64,000 bases of DNA from Tubulanus polymorphus. Its lineage: Eukaryota; Animalia; Nemertea. Shown here piece by piece: positions 21,501 through 34,010 of the stretch. Position 1 is the first letter of the stretch, and each line of letters begins with the position of its first letter. Position numbers and translations under genes: made by a program. The notes under the pieces were generated by a model. That model ran no database searches, was not told the DNA's origin, and saw only the letters and a list, made by a program, of their open reading frames with translations. The stretch lies in contig NC_134032.1 of the NCBI RefSeq assembly GCF_964204645.1, forward strand, positions 14,124,275 to 14,188,274, given 5' to 3'.

Positions 21501-24413
21501 TCTTATAATTTAATCTGGGAATTTTTGGTCAAGGGTCAGGAAACTCAGATTCCCTGATCTGTAAGAATCCTGGGATTATTGATCAAGAGAATATTGATAA
21601 TCCATTAAACATCCTGGATTATACCTGGATTTTTCCTGGGATATACGTGAATTATATTTGGATTTTCTGTATTTCAGGGAGCTCATATCTCAGATTTACC
21701 GATTGAAGTTTTAATGTACATAATCAAGTGGGTCGTTTCTGATGAGTTGGATATGAGGATGTTAGAACAACTCGCCAAGGTAAGTGATTCGTACCCTTTC
21801 TAAAAACATCCGAGGTAATGTAAGTCTCTGGCTATAGTAAAGCCTTTCACTTACTTTTGCGACGTAAACCAATTTCAGGCGTGGATCCAGAATTTTTTCC
21901 AGGAGTGGGTTCATAAAAAGTGTAAACGTTAATCTGCCGACTAAAATCTCTTATGATAGGGGGCCTGTACGGCATATTGTTTGGCCAAACGTAAGATGAA
22001 ATAATACCGATTATGTGGTGCTGTCCGTCCGCTTTGTCTTGAGTACATTCCTTCAAGAAAACGAATGATTAAAAAATTGTTTTGGTAGCTGAGCACGACC
22101 CCTGAAACCCCTCCTCTGGTTTTGCGCCTGAATTTGGTCAATAATTTTGATATATTGATCATTGATTTTCTTAACAGGTGTCGAGAGGATTTTATTTGTT
22201 TGCAAGAGATGAACATCTGTGGATGAGAGCCTGTAAGCGGTAAGGATCAATCTCTACTCTCCCCCTCCCCATTCCCCTCCCCCTCAGAAGTCGGGGACAA
22301 GTCAGGCAAACATGCTGAGATTGCTTGATGCGTATGAAATCAAACAGTTTCCGACTATGTCTTACGTATTTGACTCCATTAATTGTTTGGACTCTTAGCA
22401 GTTCAAGTCAGGGAAAACAATGTAAATGTCAGGGAATAGTTGGGGAAAAACATATCACATAAAAGTGTCCACCCTACAAATCGATATCTGTATGATTATA
22501 TCGTATCTCTTGAAATTGAATTGATGATATTTTAAATTGTGTTCTAGAATTTGGGGAGTGAATTGCGGGCGACCAAGAGAATTTGGAAGTTACAGATCGA
22601 TGTATATATGCCGACCGCATGTTCACTGTAACGGTAAGTCAGGTTACCGTCCGCTCCCCGAGGTGATGTTTATTTTATATATTGTAAGTTGTAAGTTGTA
22701 TATTGTATAGGTGTATACATCAATCGGATGACATACATCAGACACGGTGAACAGGGATTAGAACCCGGATATCAACCAGTTTATCTTATTGAATACTTCA
22801 GATTCTTCCGGTTTTTTGCCAACGGTAAGTTTTAGATTATCTACTCCGGTAGTTGTTAATGTCCTACTGCACACTAGCGACATCTGGTGGATCCTTACTT
22901 GCCACAAGTGAAATCGTCTATTGCCGCTGTAGTTGATGCCTTACTGCACACTAGCAACATCTGGTGGATCCTCACTTGCCAGTCAAATGTAGAATCCTCC
23001 ATGGATGTGAAGTAGTGTGTTTCATCAGGTCGACTAAACAGGTTTCCCCAGAAAATGTAGGGTCTTCATTCCATTATTGATAGATCGCCCCCTGGTGGTT
23101 GGTATTTCTAACAAATAATGTATGATTATTGTTGTAGGCGCGTGTTTGATGATCACGTCTGCTGATGAACCGTCGGTAACCGTTCAAAAACTGAGGAATT
23201 ATAGTTTAAACGATCGTATCCAAGGATTAATGTTCGGACATTATAAACTAGCGGGAGACACGGTAATTAATCCAACAATCGATTTGCCAACAATTAAATG
23301 AAAAAACTTGTTCAATATTCTCGTTAGTAACGTTTTAATCGGTTGCTAGGTTACCATCGTTTTGAAACGTCACAAAGATCGGCAGTTGAACGCCAACAAT
23401 CGATATCGTCGTTTCCGTAGAGACAACAATCAAGATGAATCGGAACAAATATTTCACATCGTATGTATTCATAAAATCCGTCTGTTACCGTGGTTACTCA
23501 CTGTTGCTATGGTTACTCATTATATGTACATTGTCGTATAATTTAAGGAGTTAACGATAAGCAGTAGAAATAGTAAACATCAGCACACTTGTCTTATCTG
23601 GAACCATTATTCTGTACAGACTATAAACAAGTAAGTCTACTGGATGCCTGTTAAGTGGTCTCTCCTACAAATTCTCGGTCCAGTTGCGCCACTTAGGTTC
23701 AAACTAAGATCTATAACCAATCTAACAACTTAAGACCAGTCTTAGAATTTAAGACCATTTTTGGACGTTAAGTCTCAACTGAGGAACCGGCCCCTGATCA
23801 TTAATCGTAAGACTGGTCTTAACTTGTTTGATTGACTATAGAAATAAGTTGGTCTAAGACTGGTCTTAAGTTTAGGCCGTGACTATGAAACTGGCTCTAG
23901 AGGATTGTCCAGTTGGTCATCTAAGGTTTCGATTGGTCTCTACCGAATCCGGAATTCTCTTTTGGTGTGTCAGTTTCGACTACTAAGCGCTCAACCTATC
24001 CTGAAATAGTGTAATCGGTAAACCTGATAGAAGCGGCCAGTACAGAATTGAATGGAATGCATTCATCAATTGAAACCTGAGGTCAGTTGCACAGTCGTGA
24101 CTTAAGTCCAAAAGTGGTCGTAAATCTTAAGACTGGTCTCAAGTTGTTAGATTGTTGGTCTTAGACTGGTCTCAAGTCTAAGCCATGACTATGAAACTGG
24201 CCCCCGAGGTCTGTGGGGTATAATAAATAGGTCTCCTGTTCTAACGCAAAACTGTCCGAATTTTTTCAACGTGTTGCATCGTTCGTTTATGTTTCTAGGA
24301 CGACTGGTCAAGAAACAATGTCCGAATTCGAATTGAAACCAGAGACGTATCCAATGATGTATTTCTCGCGTGTGAAGAGTTATACAGCTACAACAAACAG
24401 CATTCTCGATTAA
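18512..24413 (+). CDS. FBXO9: F-box only protein 9 (TPR + F-box)
   Basis: Tentative first exon 18512-18520 (ATGGCAGCG|gtcaga; uncertain, in-frame ATG also at 19890); exons 19875-20102, 20267-20324, 20475-20558, 20960-21141, 21678-21779, 22178-22239, 22548-22633, 22711-22824, 23138-23262, 23350-23460, 23548-23630, 24299-24413. Motifs: [69 protein letters not shown]....[13 protein letters not shown]. Confidence 0.93.
21160..21572. mobile_element. Non-autonomous DNA element family F (CAGGGTT...ATCCTG termini, hAT-like)
   Basis: Shared core ctggtgacgagtgacacaaggaacctcttgata...ctcactgaggatatct also at ~8750-9006, ~30728-31035 and ~51010-51248. No clear target-site duplication. Confidence 0.55.
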
Positions 24414-24672
24414 CCCTTTACAACCTACACCCTACTCAACAGTCCGGTGAAAACACGATTAACCCCTTACACCCCACAGTCCAGTGAGAATGTGATTACC
24501 CCCTTACACCCAACACTACAGTCCGGTGAGAACACGATTAACCCCTTACACCCCCCAGTCCAGTGTGAACATAATTAACCCCTTACACCCCAGTCCGGTG
24601 TGAACATGATTAACCCCTTACACCCCAGTCCGGTGTGAACATAATTAACCCCTTACACCCCGCAGTCCGGTG
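24408..24672. repeat. ~38-45-bp minisatellite (gattaaccccttacaccccagtccggtgtgaacat), ~7 units
   Basis: Tandem units that begin at the FBXO9 stop codon. Confidence 0.88.
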
Positions 24673-25279
24673 ATCAGCCACTATATTTTAACGGAAATGC
24701 AGCTTATTTGGTATTGATTTTATGCAATTATATATCAACGCGTATGTTTTAAACTTGTTATTTTTCTGAGATTTTTGTTTGCGTTAAAAAATGGATTGTT
24801 TGAGAGGGTTTTGGTATCGCGCTGCAAAAGGTGAACCGTGGGTCGAGCGTAAAATGAAAAACTTGTATTTTATTTTTCTACCTGCTTTCCGTAGACTTGA
24901 GTGAATTTATGGTTTTCACTTTATTTTGCTTGTAAATATTCCGATAGTGGCTAAGGGTTTATTTATTATTACTATGTATCTTTAGTTTTGACTTCACAGA
25001 AAATGTTTTCCATTGTTGTATACATTTTAATGAGGTTCTAATTATTCACGCGCTAAAATCTACGTTTATTGTAACAGAACAGAAAAATAAACATTGATAT
25101 CATTGTAATTAACGTTATTTGAATTACGAGTTTCTTGGTTTTATTCGTCGATCGTGAAGCGTACAGAATTTTCGGAGGATTTTTTTTACGGGGAGGAAAT
25201 CGCGCGAATTGAGATTTCGCTCCATCTTGAGGAGATAGTTCCGGGTTTAACTACGAGGGGGCGCTGTCGTCACTCGCTT

Positions 25280-26710
25280 TCAATCGGCTGGTACATCTAT
25301 TCCGCAGTCCGCGTCCTGCTGCGTCGTATCCATGGCAACCTCTTCTTCGATCGTATCGAGACTTTCACATTGTCTTTTGACGAATTTCATGGCGTCTGCC
25401 GGGACTGTTCCCTGATCAAGTTTCTGACACCATTTTTTGTACTGTTACGAATGAGATGAATAAGTTAAGAATTTAATCACTTACAATTTTTGGACGCAAA
25501 ACCATAAAACTAGATCTTTGGAGTAAATCATTTAACAAATCATTGGTCGAATGATTTCTCCAAGATAAGATACATTTTACATTACAATACTGATCCAATA
25601 ACTTTTTCGATCACATTTCACGCCTATTTATCTTAATCAAAAAGGGGATGAAATGGTTGAACTATATACTTCTAGTCGGACGCTAGAACAAGTTCAAAGC
25701 TAGAGGCTTGGATTTATCAGCTAAAACAAGTTCAAATTAACCCCAATTTGTAAGTCGATCCTGCTTCAAATACACTACGGTAGCCAATACACTAATATCT
25801 AGCTACATCTATCTGCAGTTTGTAACTGATAATGAATTTTAATCAACAACCTTTCTCGCATTTTCACCCAAAAAAAATTAGGCCTACATTTAAATACATT
25901 TGACAATTGTGCAACAATTCCAGGGGTCAGTTGCTCAAAAGTTAGGTGGACAAATACCATAGTAACAATGAAATTTCAATTGTCACTTTGTCAACTATCC
26001 ACTGGTTTTACTTTTACCAACTTTTGAGCAACTGACCTTTGGAATTGTTGCACAATTGTTAAATATATTTAAATGAAGGCCTAATTTTTTTGGGCTGAAA
26101 ATGCGAGAAAGGTTACGTTAATCAAAATTCAGATCGTTAAATACTTACCATTTCTAGTTCATTTCTCAAAGCTAGAATAGCTTTCTCACGCGTGGACACA
26201 AGATCTTCAACGTATTGATAGCGTAGTTTTTTACGGGCTCGACACTCGCGGGCCGACTGACGACTTCGCTCTAATTTCGTCTTGACGTCGATTTTAGAAG
26301 GTTTCCGCCCCCGACGACTTTTCTTCACCGGAGCACTGGCCGGGGCAGCTGTCGTAACGGGGCATGGAGCAGATTGGGCTTCCTGTGTGGAAAACAAGAA
26401 AAACTATCAACAATTTAATAAAAACATTTAATAATCCAAAAAATTCAAAAATCTTTTCCTTCTTAATCATATCAAAAGTAACCTTACAATAAGTGAAATT
26501 CAATAAGTGAAACTCTAAATACTTATATTTTTGTGAATCAGATAGTTTAAAGGATCTAAGGAACCAACTTGTCAAAATTCATGTAAACAAAAACAAATGC
26601 ACATGGGGGATAGTCCTGCTACGATCAATAACTCTATTTTTACTCACCTTCCCGGAATCGACAGTCAATTCCACGAATGCTTGTTGGTTTATTGTAATCA
26701 TCTGATCCAT
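25280..26710 (-). CDS. CREBL2: CREB-like 2 / REPTOR-BP-like small bZIP factor, ~152 aa
   Basis: Exons 26710-26648 (MDQMITINQQAFVELTVDSGK|gtgagt), 26382-26149 (RRGRKPSKIDVKTKLERSRQSARECRARKKLRYQYVEDLVSTREKAILALRNELEM), 25441-25280 (YKKWCQKLDQGTVP...); all phase 0. Confidence 0.92.
25834..26131. repeat. ~300-bp fold-back (inverted repeat) with a family-B MITE at its centre
   Basis: aacctttctcgcattttca...gcaacaattcca is mirrored by tggaattgttgc...tgaaaatgcgagaaaggtt. The central element (ggtcagttgctcaaaagtt...aacttttgagcaactgacc) also occurs at ~45929-46070, ~47999-48127 and ~19745-19812. Confidence 0.85.
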
Positions 26711-27187
26711 TTTCAGTTATTTGTAAGATTTGACTTTATTTCGATGAGGAAATATTCCAAGTTAAGAAATAGGTCTTCTTTTTTCTGTCAGTGTGTTTTG
26801 ACAATATGGTGCGCGCAAATAGTTCGTTATGTAAATAAACAAATGACGTCATTATCATGTGACGACTGACAAAGATTGTGAATAATTTGCATATAATGGA
26901 ACTTTTGTATTTTAAATGATTACATTCTCGGTAGAATCATAAAAATTTTGTATAGATTTTCATATTCATGGGGACAAAATCCATATTGATCTTCTAACTA
27001 TTTCACGAGCGTACGAATCGCAATATCGAATCACGCGACCTCGCGTATGGATTCCGTAGGAATTCCCGAATGACATCAATGGGTAATCCAGGAAGTGAAC
27101 TGGTGGCGTTCACTGGTGACAAAATGATAACTTTTTCCGCTTTTTCCACCTTTTACTGTCGATTTTCAGCCCTATAAAAGTAGCGAA
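26711..27187. promoter_or_regulatory. Bidirectional promoter CREBL2 / SARA-like gene
   Basis: 477 bp between divergent ATGs; perfect CRE ATGACGTCAT 26843-26852; ETS core CAGGAAGTG near 27090. Confidence 0.6.
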
Positions 27188-30100
27188 ATGGGAAATTGGT
27201 AAGCGTAACTCGAGGTCGAATCATTTCCGTTAAATATTCGTTTAAACTTTTCGGCGTTGAAATCAAAATTCTCAGTTTTAGGGCGTGATACTGACCCCAT
27301 CAAGTCTAATCAAAATCAAGATTTATTGTGACATTTTCAGAAAATGGAAAATCATATCATTTAATTTAACAACAATCACATAATTTCAGTTGTCCCGGTG
27401 ACAGTACCCGTGGCGATGATCAGCAGACGCTGTCTCGATATTCGGCACAGATGGCGGTCGATCCGATTGGTTCAACGACTGCCAATCAGGCTGGTGTTCA
27501 GGCGGATTCGAGTACTCAAGATCGCCCTCGGTTACGGCCTTTCTGCATCGTGAGACCTGATGACAGTATCCCTGGTAACTCATCAGTTTATCTAGTATTT
27601 ATTTGTATTTACAGGAACAGGGTTCTTACGAGTTTTTGGAAAATGGGATTTATTCAAGCAGATCCTGGAAATGCTATGTAGATTTGATTTTCCTATTATA
27701 GCTATGGAAAATCTGAAAATGGTCCCTAAATCAAATTTTCCTTCTATTTAATGACTGCATGCATATTTGTATTACAATTTTGGCTGACACTTTGTCAATG
27801 GTATTGATAGTTGGCACTTAATTACTTGGAATGGGACTGTTCTCATTGGTGATTTAGGGGTATAGAAAGTTTGTAATCTGGGTATGGAAAAGTTGTGGAA
27901 ACCTGTAAGAACCGCGCTTGAAGTTATTTTCGAGAAGAACATATTTTTGTTTCATCAACATCTGTATTGTATATTTCTAGGTAAGGTGGTCGTGGCTGAC
28001 GTTCTAGAAACTGAACAGCAAACTTCACATCTTATGCCACAAGTCGTCGGTAAATAAACATCGATATTTGAGCCACAAGTTCAGTCAGAAAATTTGGTAG
28101 ATTTTGAAAAATTTTCAAATATTTATTTTCAGACTCGGATAAAGATCCGCTAAGCGTGATGGTTCTATTCGACGGTGGGATGATACTCGTCAAAATCAAA
28201 ATCGTTTTTTGTAAGTTTTTTCTTTCACATACCCTGGGGCCGGTTCCATAGTCATGGCTTAGACTTAAGACCAGTCTAAGACTATCTTATTTCTATAGCT
28301 AATCTAACAGCTTAAGACCAGTCTTAAGATTTAAGACCAATATCGGACTTAAGTTGCGACTATGGAACCGGCCCCTGAAGATATAGCAGGAAAACCGATC
28401 GATTTAACTAACCCTGGATTGATTTCAGTGGAGTGTTGCGCTAAGACGTTAGTTTGGCGTTACTCGACGAACGGACTCGAAAAATACGGCCAACAGGAAG
28501 TCGTGTTTATAATGGAATACAACGAAAACGAGAAAACGATATCATTCGATATGTTAGAAATGTTTCAAAATATCGCCGTGCAAGCTAAACGAGGTACCGT
28601 TATATAACATCTCGATATATCATCTTCGTTATATCGATATATCGTAATATAATGTCTCAGTTAATGGCTATCGATATCTAGAGATTGAAGTTGAAAAAAC
28701 ATCTCATTTCCTGAAATGAGATATGTCGAATATCGAGATATGTGGCGAAAGATCGAGATAGTTATTGTTTCTCAGATGAGATATGAACAAGTGGAATGCA
28801 CTAGATATCTCGACCACGTCATTAGATATATCGAATTGAATTGATATTTTGGATCGATATTTTCAGGGAACACCGTTTCGAACATGGGTTTCACTCATTT
28901 CCTACCGTGTAACTTTCTAAAAAGTAATAATCATACCGGTTTCCTTTACGTCGCTCCATCCTTCCAGGTAATTCTAGTGTCTGAATTTGTAGTCTGGGGG
29001 AGCCACGTTACAGTCTAGATAAACCCGTCTGTCCCTGTTTCTATATTTCAGTGTATCAGACACCTCTTGGACGATGTCGACATTTTGAAAATTCCGTTAT
29101 TCATGATTTTGATTCATCAGATGGAGGTGCCGATGTTACGCAATATGCCAGTTCGTTTAATGACGCGTCTAGGTCACTCGGAAACCTGTAAGTGTGACTC
29201 CACCGGCATCAACCCCTGCATTCCTCATCACGTCAACCCAGGGGCGGATCCACGTGGTTTTATTAAACTCGCGTAAAACCCTAAAAAATTTTAAGTGCCC
29301 TTTTATTCAAAATCTTGTTGAAAAAAATCTGTCAACGTCAATTTCTGTAAAACTAAGGCACAATTTTTTCGAAAATGCTGGAAATATGTGAAAAGAGTGG
29401 TCAAAAAACGCTTGGATCTTTTCCCCTGGAATCCCTTAGGCGACACTATTTCAATCATACTACATTTTGAATGTATGTTTTCATCGATCTCCACTAGGTG
29501 GCATCGTTTGGGCCAGCGGGCCTAAACCTCCTGCCGATAGTCTTAATAAAAACCCAGGTATTAATCTTTATTCCTCTAGTTATTCACATTAATGTTATTA
29601 GACCTTAAATCTAATTCCTCCAGGGACCAGATGCACTGAGCCAAATTCAGCTATGACTGGTCTTAAGTTGGTTGACTGGTTATAGAACTAAGATGAGCTT
29701 AGACTGGTCTTAAGTTGTCTGTTGAACTAAGATGGTGTTAGGCTGGTCTTAAGTTTGGTAAGATGAGCTATAGAACCAAAATGAGCTTAGACTGGTCTTA
29801 AGTTGTTAGATTAGCTATAGAACTGAAATGAGTTAAGACTGGTCTTAAGTTCAGTTCTTAGATTGGTTATTTTGTAAGTTTTTGGTTATATAACCAACAA
29901 AAATGAGTTTAAACTGGTCTTAAGTTGTTACATTGGTAATAGAACTAAAAGAGCTTAGACTGATCTTAAGTTGTTAGATTGGCTATAGAACTAACATGAG
30001 CTTAGAGCGTTCTTAAGTTGTTACATTGACTATAGAACTTAAAAGCGGTGTGAATCTTAGCTATAGACCTATAGTTGGTCTTAGACTGGTCGTGCATTTG

Positions 30101-32332
30101 GTGCCTTGATTACAGTAAATGAGGGGGTTATTTTTCCGATTGCAAATTTCATTAATCAACATTTTATCCGCACATTTTAAATAATTGATGAATAAATTTT
30201 CCGTTGTTGATTCATTTCATGATTTTTGTTTTACAAGTTCTCCGATATTGCGTCGTAAGTTCTCGAATATTTCAAAGTTGATTTTCGTTGAATGATACGT
30301 ATTTTCAGGTTATCCGTGCGGCGTAGTGAATAAACGTAATCGGCCGCCGGTATTCGTAGGTGTTCCACAGAACAGTCTTCTTACTCAATTTGCAGTAAGT
30401 TTCACAAAAAGATTTTACAAACACTTTCGAAATCACTTTTCAACAATTTCGAGCAAATGATTTTTCAGCATTCGTGGTAACAAATTTGTATTTATGAAGT
30501 TCAAATCTGTCTTAAAACTTCAGAATATCAAAAACTTTGATTGAAAAATCAATTTTTTCGAAAAAGAATTGTTGGAAAATTTATGAATTTTAATCTTCAG
30601 GATTTCGAGCATTTCAAGTTCACGTTTCCACGGATCGAGAATTCACATATCATCATCAACGACGATTTGAAGGTTACCGTGACGATTCCCTACGACAAAC
30701 ACCAGCGGGTACGTACATCAATTCCCAACAGGGTTCGCAATAGATCACTGAAAATCCAGAAAAAATCTGACTCTTTCCTTGAAAAGTCGGGGAATTTTTA
30801 GCATTTAGTTGTTCTTGCTGGAGATGCTTGACACGAGGAATCTCTTGATAACAGCCCCCACTGAGGATATCTTAAAAATTTAATCATGTAATTTGAATTT
30901 TTGGTGTCTTGTTGTTCTTGCTGGTGACGAGTGACACAAGGAACCTCATGATAAGAAACAGCCCTCACTGAGGATATCTTATAATTCAATCAGCGAACTT
31001 TTGCTCAAAGTCCGGGTTCTCTGATCTGTAAGGGGGCACTGTACAGCGTTTATCAGTGGATGTTTTCTATTTTCGCGCAGGTCGGACAGATTTTAGATCA
31101 CTGGGGTTCCGGGAACGTATTCGTTATTGGGGGTGATTTCAGTTTATCGGTCGACACGTTTCTAACGGTTACGCAATCTTTAAACGGTTACCAAACGACG
31201 GGAATCACAAAATACGACAGTCAACGCTCAGGTGAACGTACAGGTAACAAAGTTGAATTTAAAAAGATTTTTTTTTTATTGATTTATATGGACCCTGTAT
31301 AATTTACCTGTATTTAACCCTCACTTATCGATGTAAACTCCGCTTTTGTATTGATTATTTCATTATCTTACCCCTTTCAGTGCGTCTACACCGCAGTGCA
31401 GTGTATTGATTTAATAAGTAATTACTAATTATCTCTCTTGAAAGATGGCAGCACCTGTCAAACATAGTGAAATATTAGTAACTAACGATACACCTCGCCG
31501 CGGTGTAGACACATTATAGTGATATACCCGTTATTCAACACACTAGGGTGGAATTTTTCAGAATTTTCAAATTATCTTCAGCACTATAGGGTATTAATTA
31601 GCCAGCACTGAAAGGGTTAGGTGAAAAATAAGATTATTATTATAATTAAGCTGATTTGTTGTAGGTATTGGTGCTAATTTTATAATATTTGCCGGAGCGT
31701 TGAAAGGAGAACCTAGCGTTAAATCAGCTCTACTCGAGGACGGAATTATGGTTATGATGAGACCGGAAATATTCCAAGATCTCGCCGAGGTAAACGCAAA
31801 AACGAATTCAAATTGTTGCTAGGCTATTTTGATAATGTTGTCCGCCATTAGTGGTAACTAGGTAACATAAATACAATGCTCGTTTAATACAATTCTAGAG
31901 AGCATCTTCTCGAGATACGAGATCCTCTGTTGTCAGTATCCTGCGTCAAAGTTTTGTCGTTTATTCCAGTTTTACTTTAAGTTTCATATCGTCTGTCATG
32001 TGGCAACTTGACAGCATCAAACTTTGCAACATTGCTACCAACAATGCCACCTTGGCAATGTTTATCATTCTGTTGTTTTTTGTTGCTAGGCGATGAGAAA
32101 TCGTAAAGGATTCACGATTCGAGCCGATGAGTTTCAGTCGCCGAGTGAAGCGTCGAACGGCGTTCATTCCGGGAAAGTGATTGAAATACAATGGGTTGAT
32201 CCGAAGCCGTATTTCGTGTCGTTGCTAGCGGCGATCGGATTGACTGTTGAACAAGTGAAAAATCGCGATCGCGCTCAATCGATAACGTTCGAGGCCGCGT
32301 CGCGATTGGCCGAACAGGGAATCGAATTCTAA
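27188..32332 (+). CDS. SARA/endofin (ZFYVE9/ZFYVE16) C-terminal-domain (DUF3480-like) protein without a FYVE domain, ~489 aa
   Basis: 12 exons with consistent phases: 27188-27198, 27390-27574, 27981-28049, 28133-28210, 28429-28593, 28867-28967, 29052-29187, 30309-30394, 30601-30708, 31081-31243, 31665-31789, 32090-32332. Collinear with the SARA C-terminus: WRYSTNGLEKYGQQEVV, GNTVSNMG, HTGFLYVAPSFQ, EVP...MPVRLMTRLG, YPC, ADFEHFKFTFP, NGYQT, GANFIIFAGALK, LLEDGIMV, IEIQWVD. Confidence 0.88.
28237..28374. mobile_element. Harbinger-like MITE family A, intact copy
   Basis: Long terminal inverted repeats gggccggttccatagtc/gactatggaaccggccc; CTG target duplication. Confidence 0.85.
29650..30090. 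repeat. Tandem array of the internal ~46-bp unit of MITE family A
   Basis: Repeating gactggtcttaagttgttagattggctatagaactaa(a/g)atgagctta; similar arrays at ~41570-41725 and ~48570-49130 in reverse orientation. Confidence 0.8.
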
Positions 32333-32478
32333 AACGTAGAAACGTAGCGGAATCGTCGAGCATGATACGATCGCGGAAACGTAACTCGGCTAATATTAAA
32401 CATGTGCAAGTATTGATTGAAACTACCATAGATATTCTAAAAATCACCTGCTATTTGAATGTATACTCCAGAAAGCTT

Positions 32479-32585
<107 letters not shown>

Positions 32586-33799
32586 ATTATTATTCATATT
32601 GATATGAATATATATTTATTTACATTATATTTAGATTATAGTATTATATACTGTGCCGTCTGCACCAAATTTCCAGCCGTTCACAGTCAAATAAAGTTCT
32701 CCCCATTTCGACAGTTGTGAAATTTGACTCCTGATTGGGGGGGGGGGTTTGTTGCGATAGACTGGACCCTTGCTTTCCTACTGAGGATGCACTTTTCGTC
32801 AATACAGAGATCAAAATCTGAAAATTTGACATTCATCCTATCCTAATTTGGATGTATTTCTTCTTTACACCAACGGGCGTTCCGCCCAGGGGCCTTGCGT
32901 GACTGCTTTATCTGAGAAATGCTTTTTCTTTTCTGCACCCCGACCTTCCAATTTACCTAGAATTCTGATGAAATTGTCGAAATGAACCCGGTTGGTTATG
33001 CAGTTCTTTGTTGCGAATATTTGACTTTTCAGTTGATAAACTTTGGAAATGAACTAATTAATCTCTCAACTCGACACGATCCAAATTTTAGGAAGCATCG
33101 TAGGAACAGGTCCTGCGTCGAAGCTTTATTGCTTTTATACTGTAAGAAATTAACTATTGTGAAAATTTCTGATTAGAAATAATAACGCGTTGTATGAATT
33201 GTAAATACAAAGATTTAACCGAGCCAAAAATTATTAGGGACCACTTTAGAATGCGTCGTCTGAAAAATGATCATGTTTTTGTTACTGTAATTGTATATAT
33301 ATATATATATATATATTAATAGTTTATTGAAACTCTCTCTTTGTAAGCGGAGAGATATTTTATATGGAAGTGATTAATGTGTGAGAGATGTGATTAATTA
33401 ATTTAGACATGAAATTGTTATTTGTTAAAAGAAGAAATGAGCAAAATAAAAGATAATGTTTACGAAAAGTTTGACAAGTTTCATTTTTTGAATTAGTCTA
33501 AAATTAGGAGTTTTCAGGATTTATCCCGAATTCGTAGGAATCCAAAAAGAAGTATTTGGGGGAAATTGGCAGCATTTGGCAACACAAAAACACGATAACT
33601 GAATGAGTTTAATAAATATAAACATTTTTTGGCCCAGAGGTATTTTGGGTGGCTGCAAACGTTCAAAAACTTGAAATACTGTAAATGAATATGAAATATT
33701 ATGATACGAATCACTGCTCAAAGTTAGTTTGTTGGGACTAGAGGAATGACGTATTTTGAAAGGAGTTTATTACAGCACTGAAACCTTTGTTGAAATTGA

Positions 33800-34010
33800 C
33801 AGAGCGATCAAATGAATAAACCGCCGGCCCGCTTGTCCGTGCTTTTCGTAACGCTGTCCCTATCATTCCGGTTCACAGTCCGCTTCAGCAGCGACGCCCC
33901 AGTTCGCTTTTCAAAATGGAGGATACGTTTTAGCGTTAGCGACGAATCGGGGCTCTTTAAAAGCCGCAATTAGACTCGTTTATACGGAGTTAACGCTGAA
34001 ATAAGGTAGG
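33800..34010 (+). promoter_or_regulatory. Probable PI4KB promoter and non-coding first exon
   Basis: CpG-rich patch, YY1-like AAAATGG, donor-like aataag|gtaggc near 34005; the next acceptor before the PI4KB ATG is at 39881-39882. Confidence 0.4.

Noticed and set aside
24408-24672. CRISPR-like appearance of regularly spaced repeats (also 52190-52460 and 48570-49130)
   Set aside because: Head-to-tail tandem units without unique spacers, eukaryotic context, no cas genes.
25154-25459. 101-aa plus-strand ORF
   Set aside because: Antisense shadow of the last CREBL2 exon.
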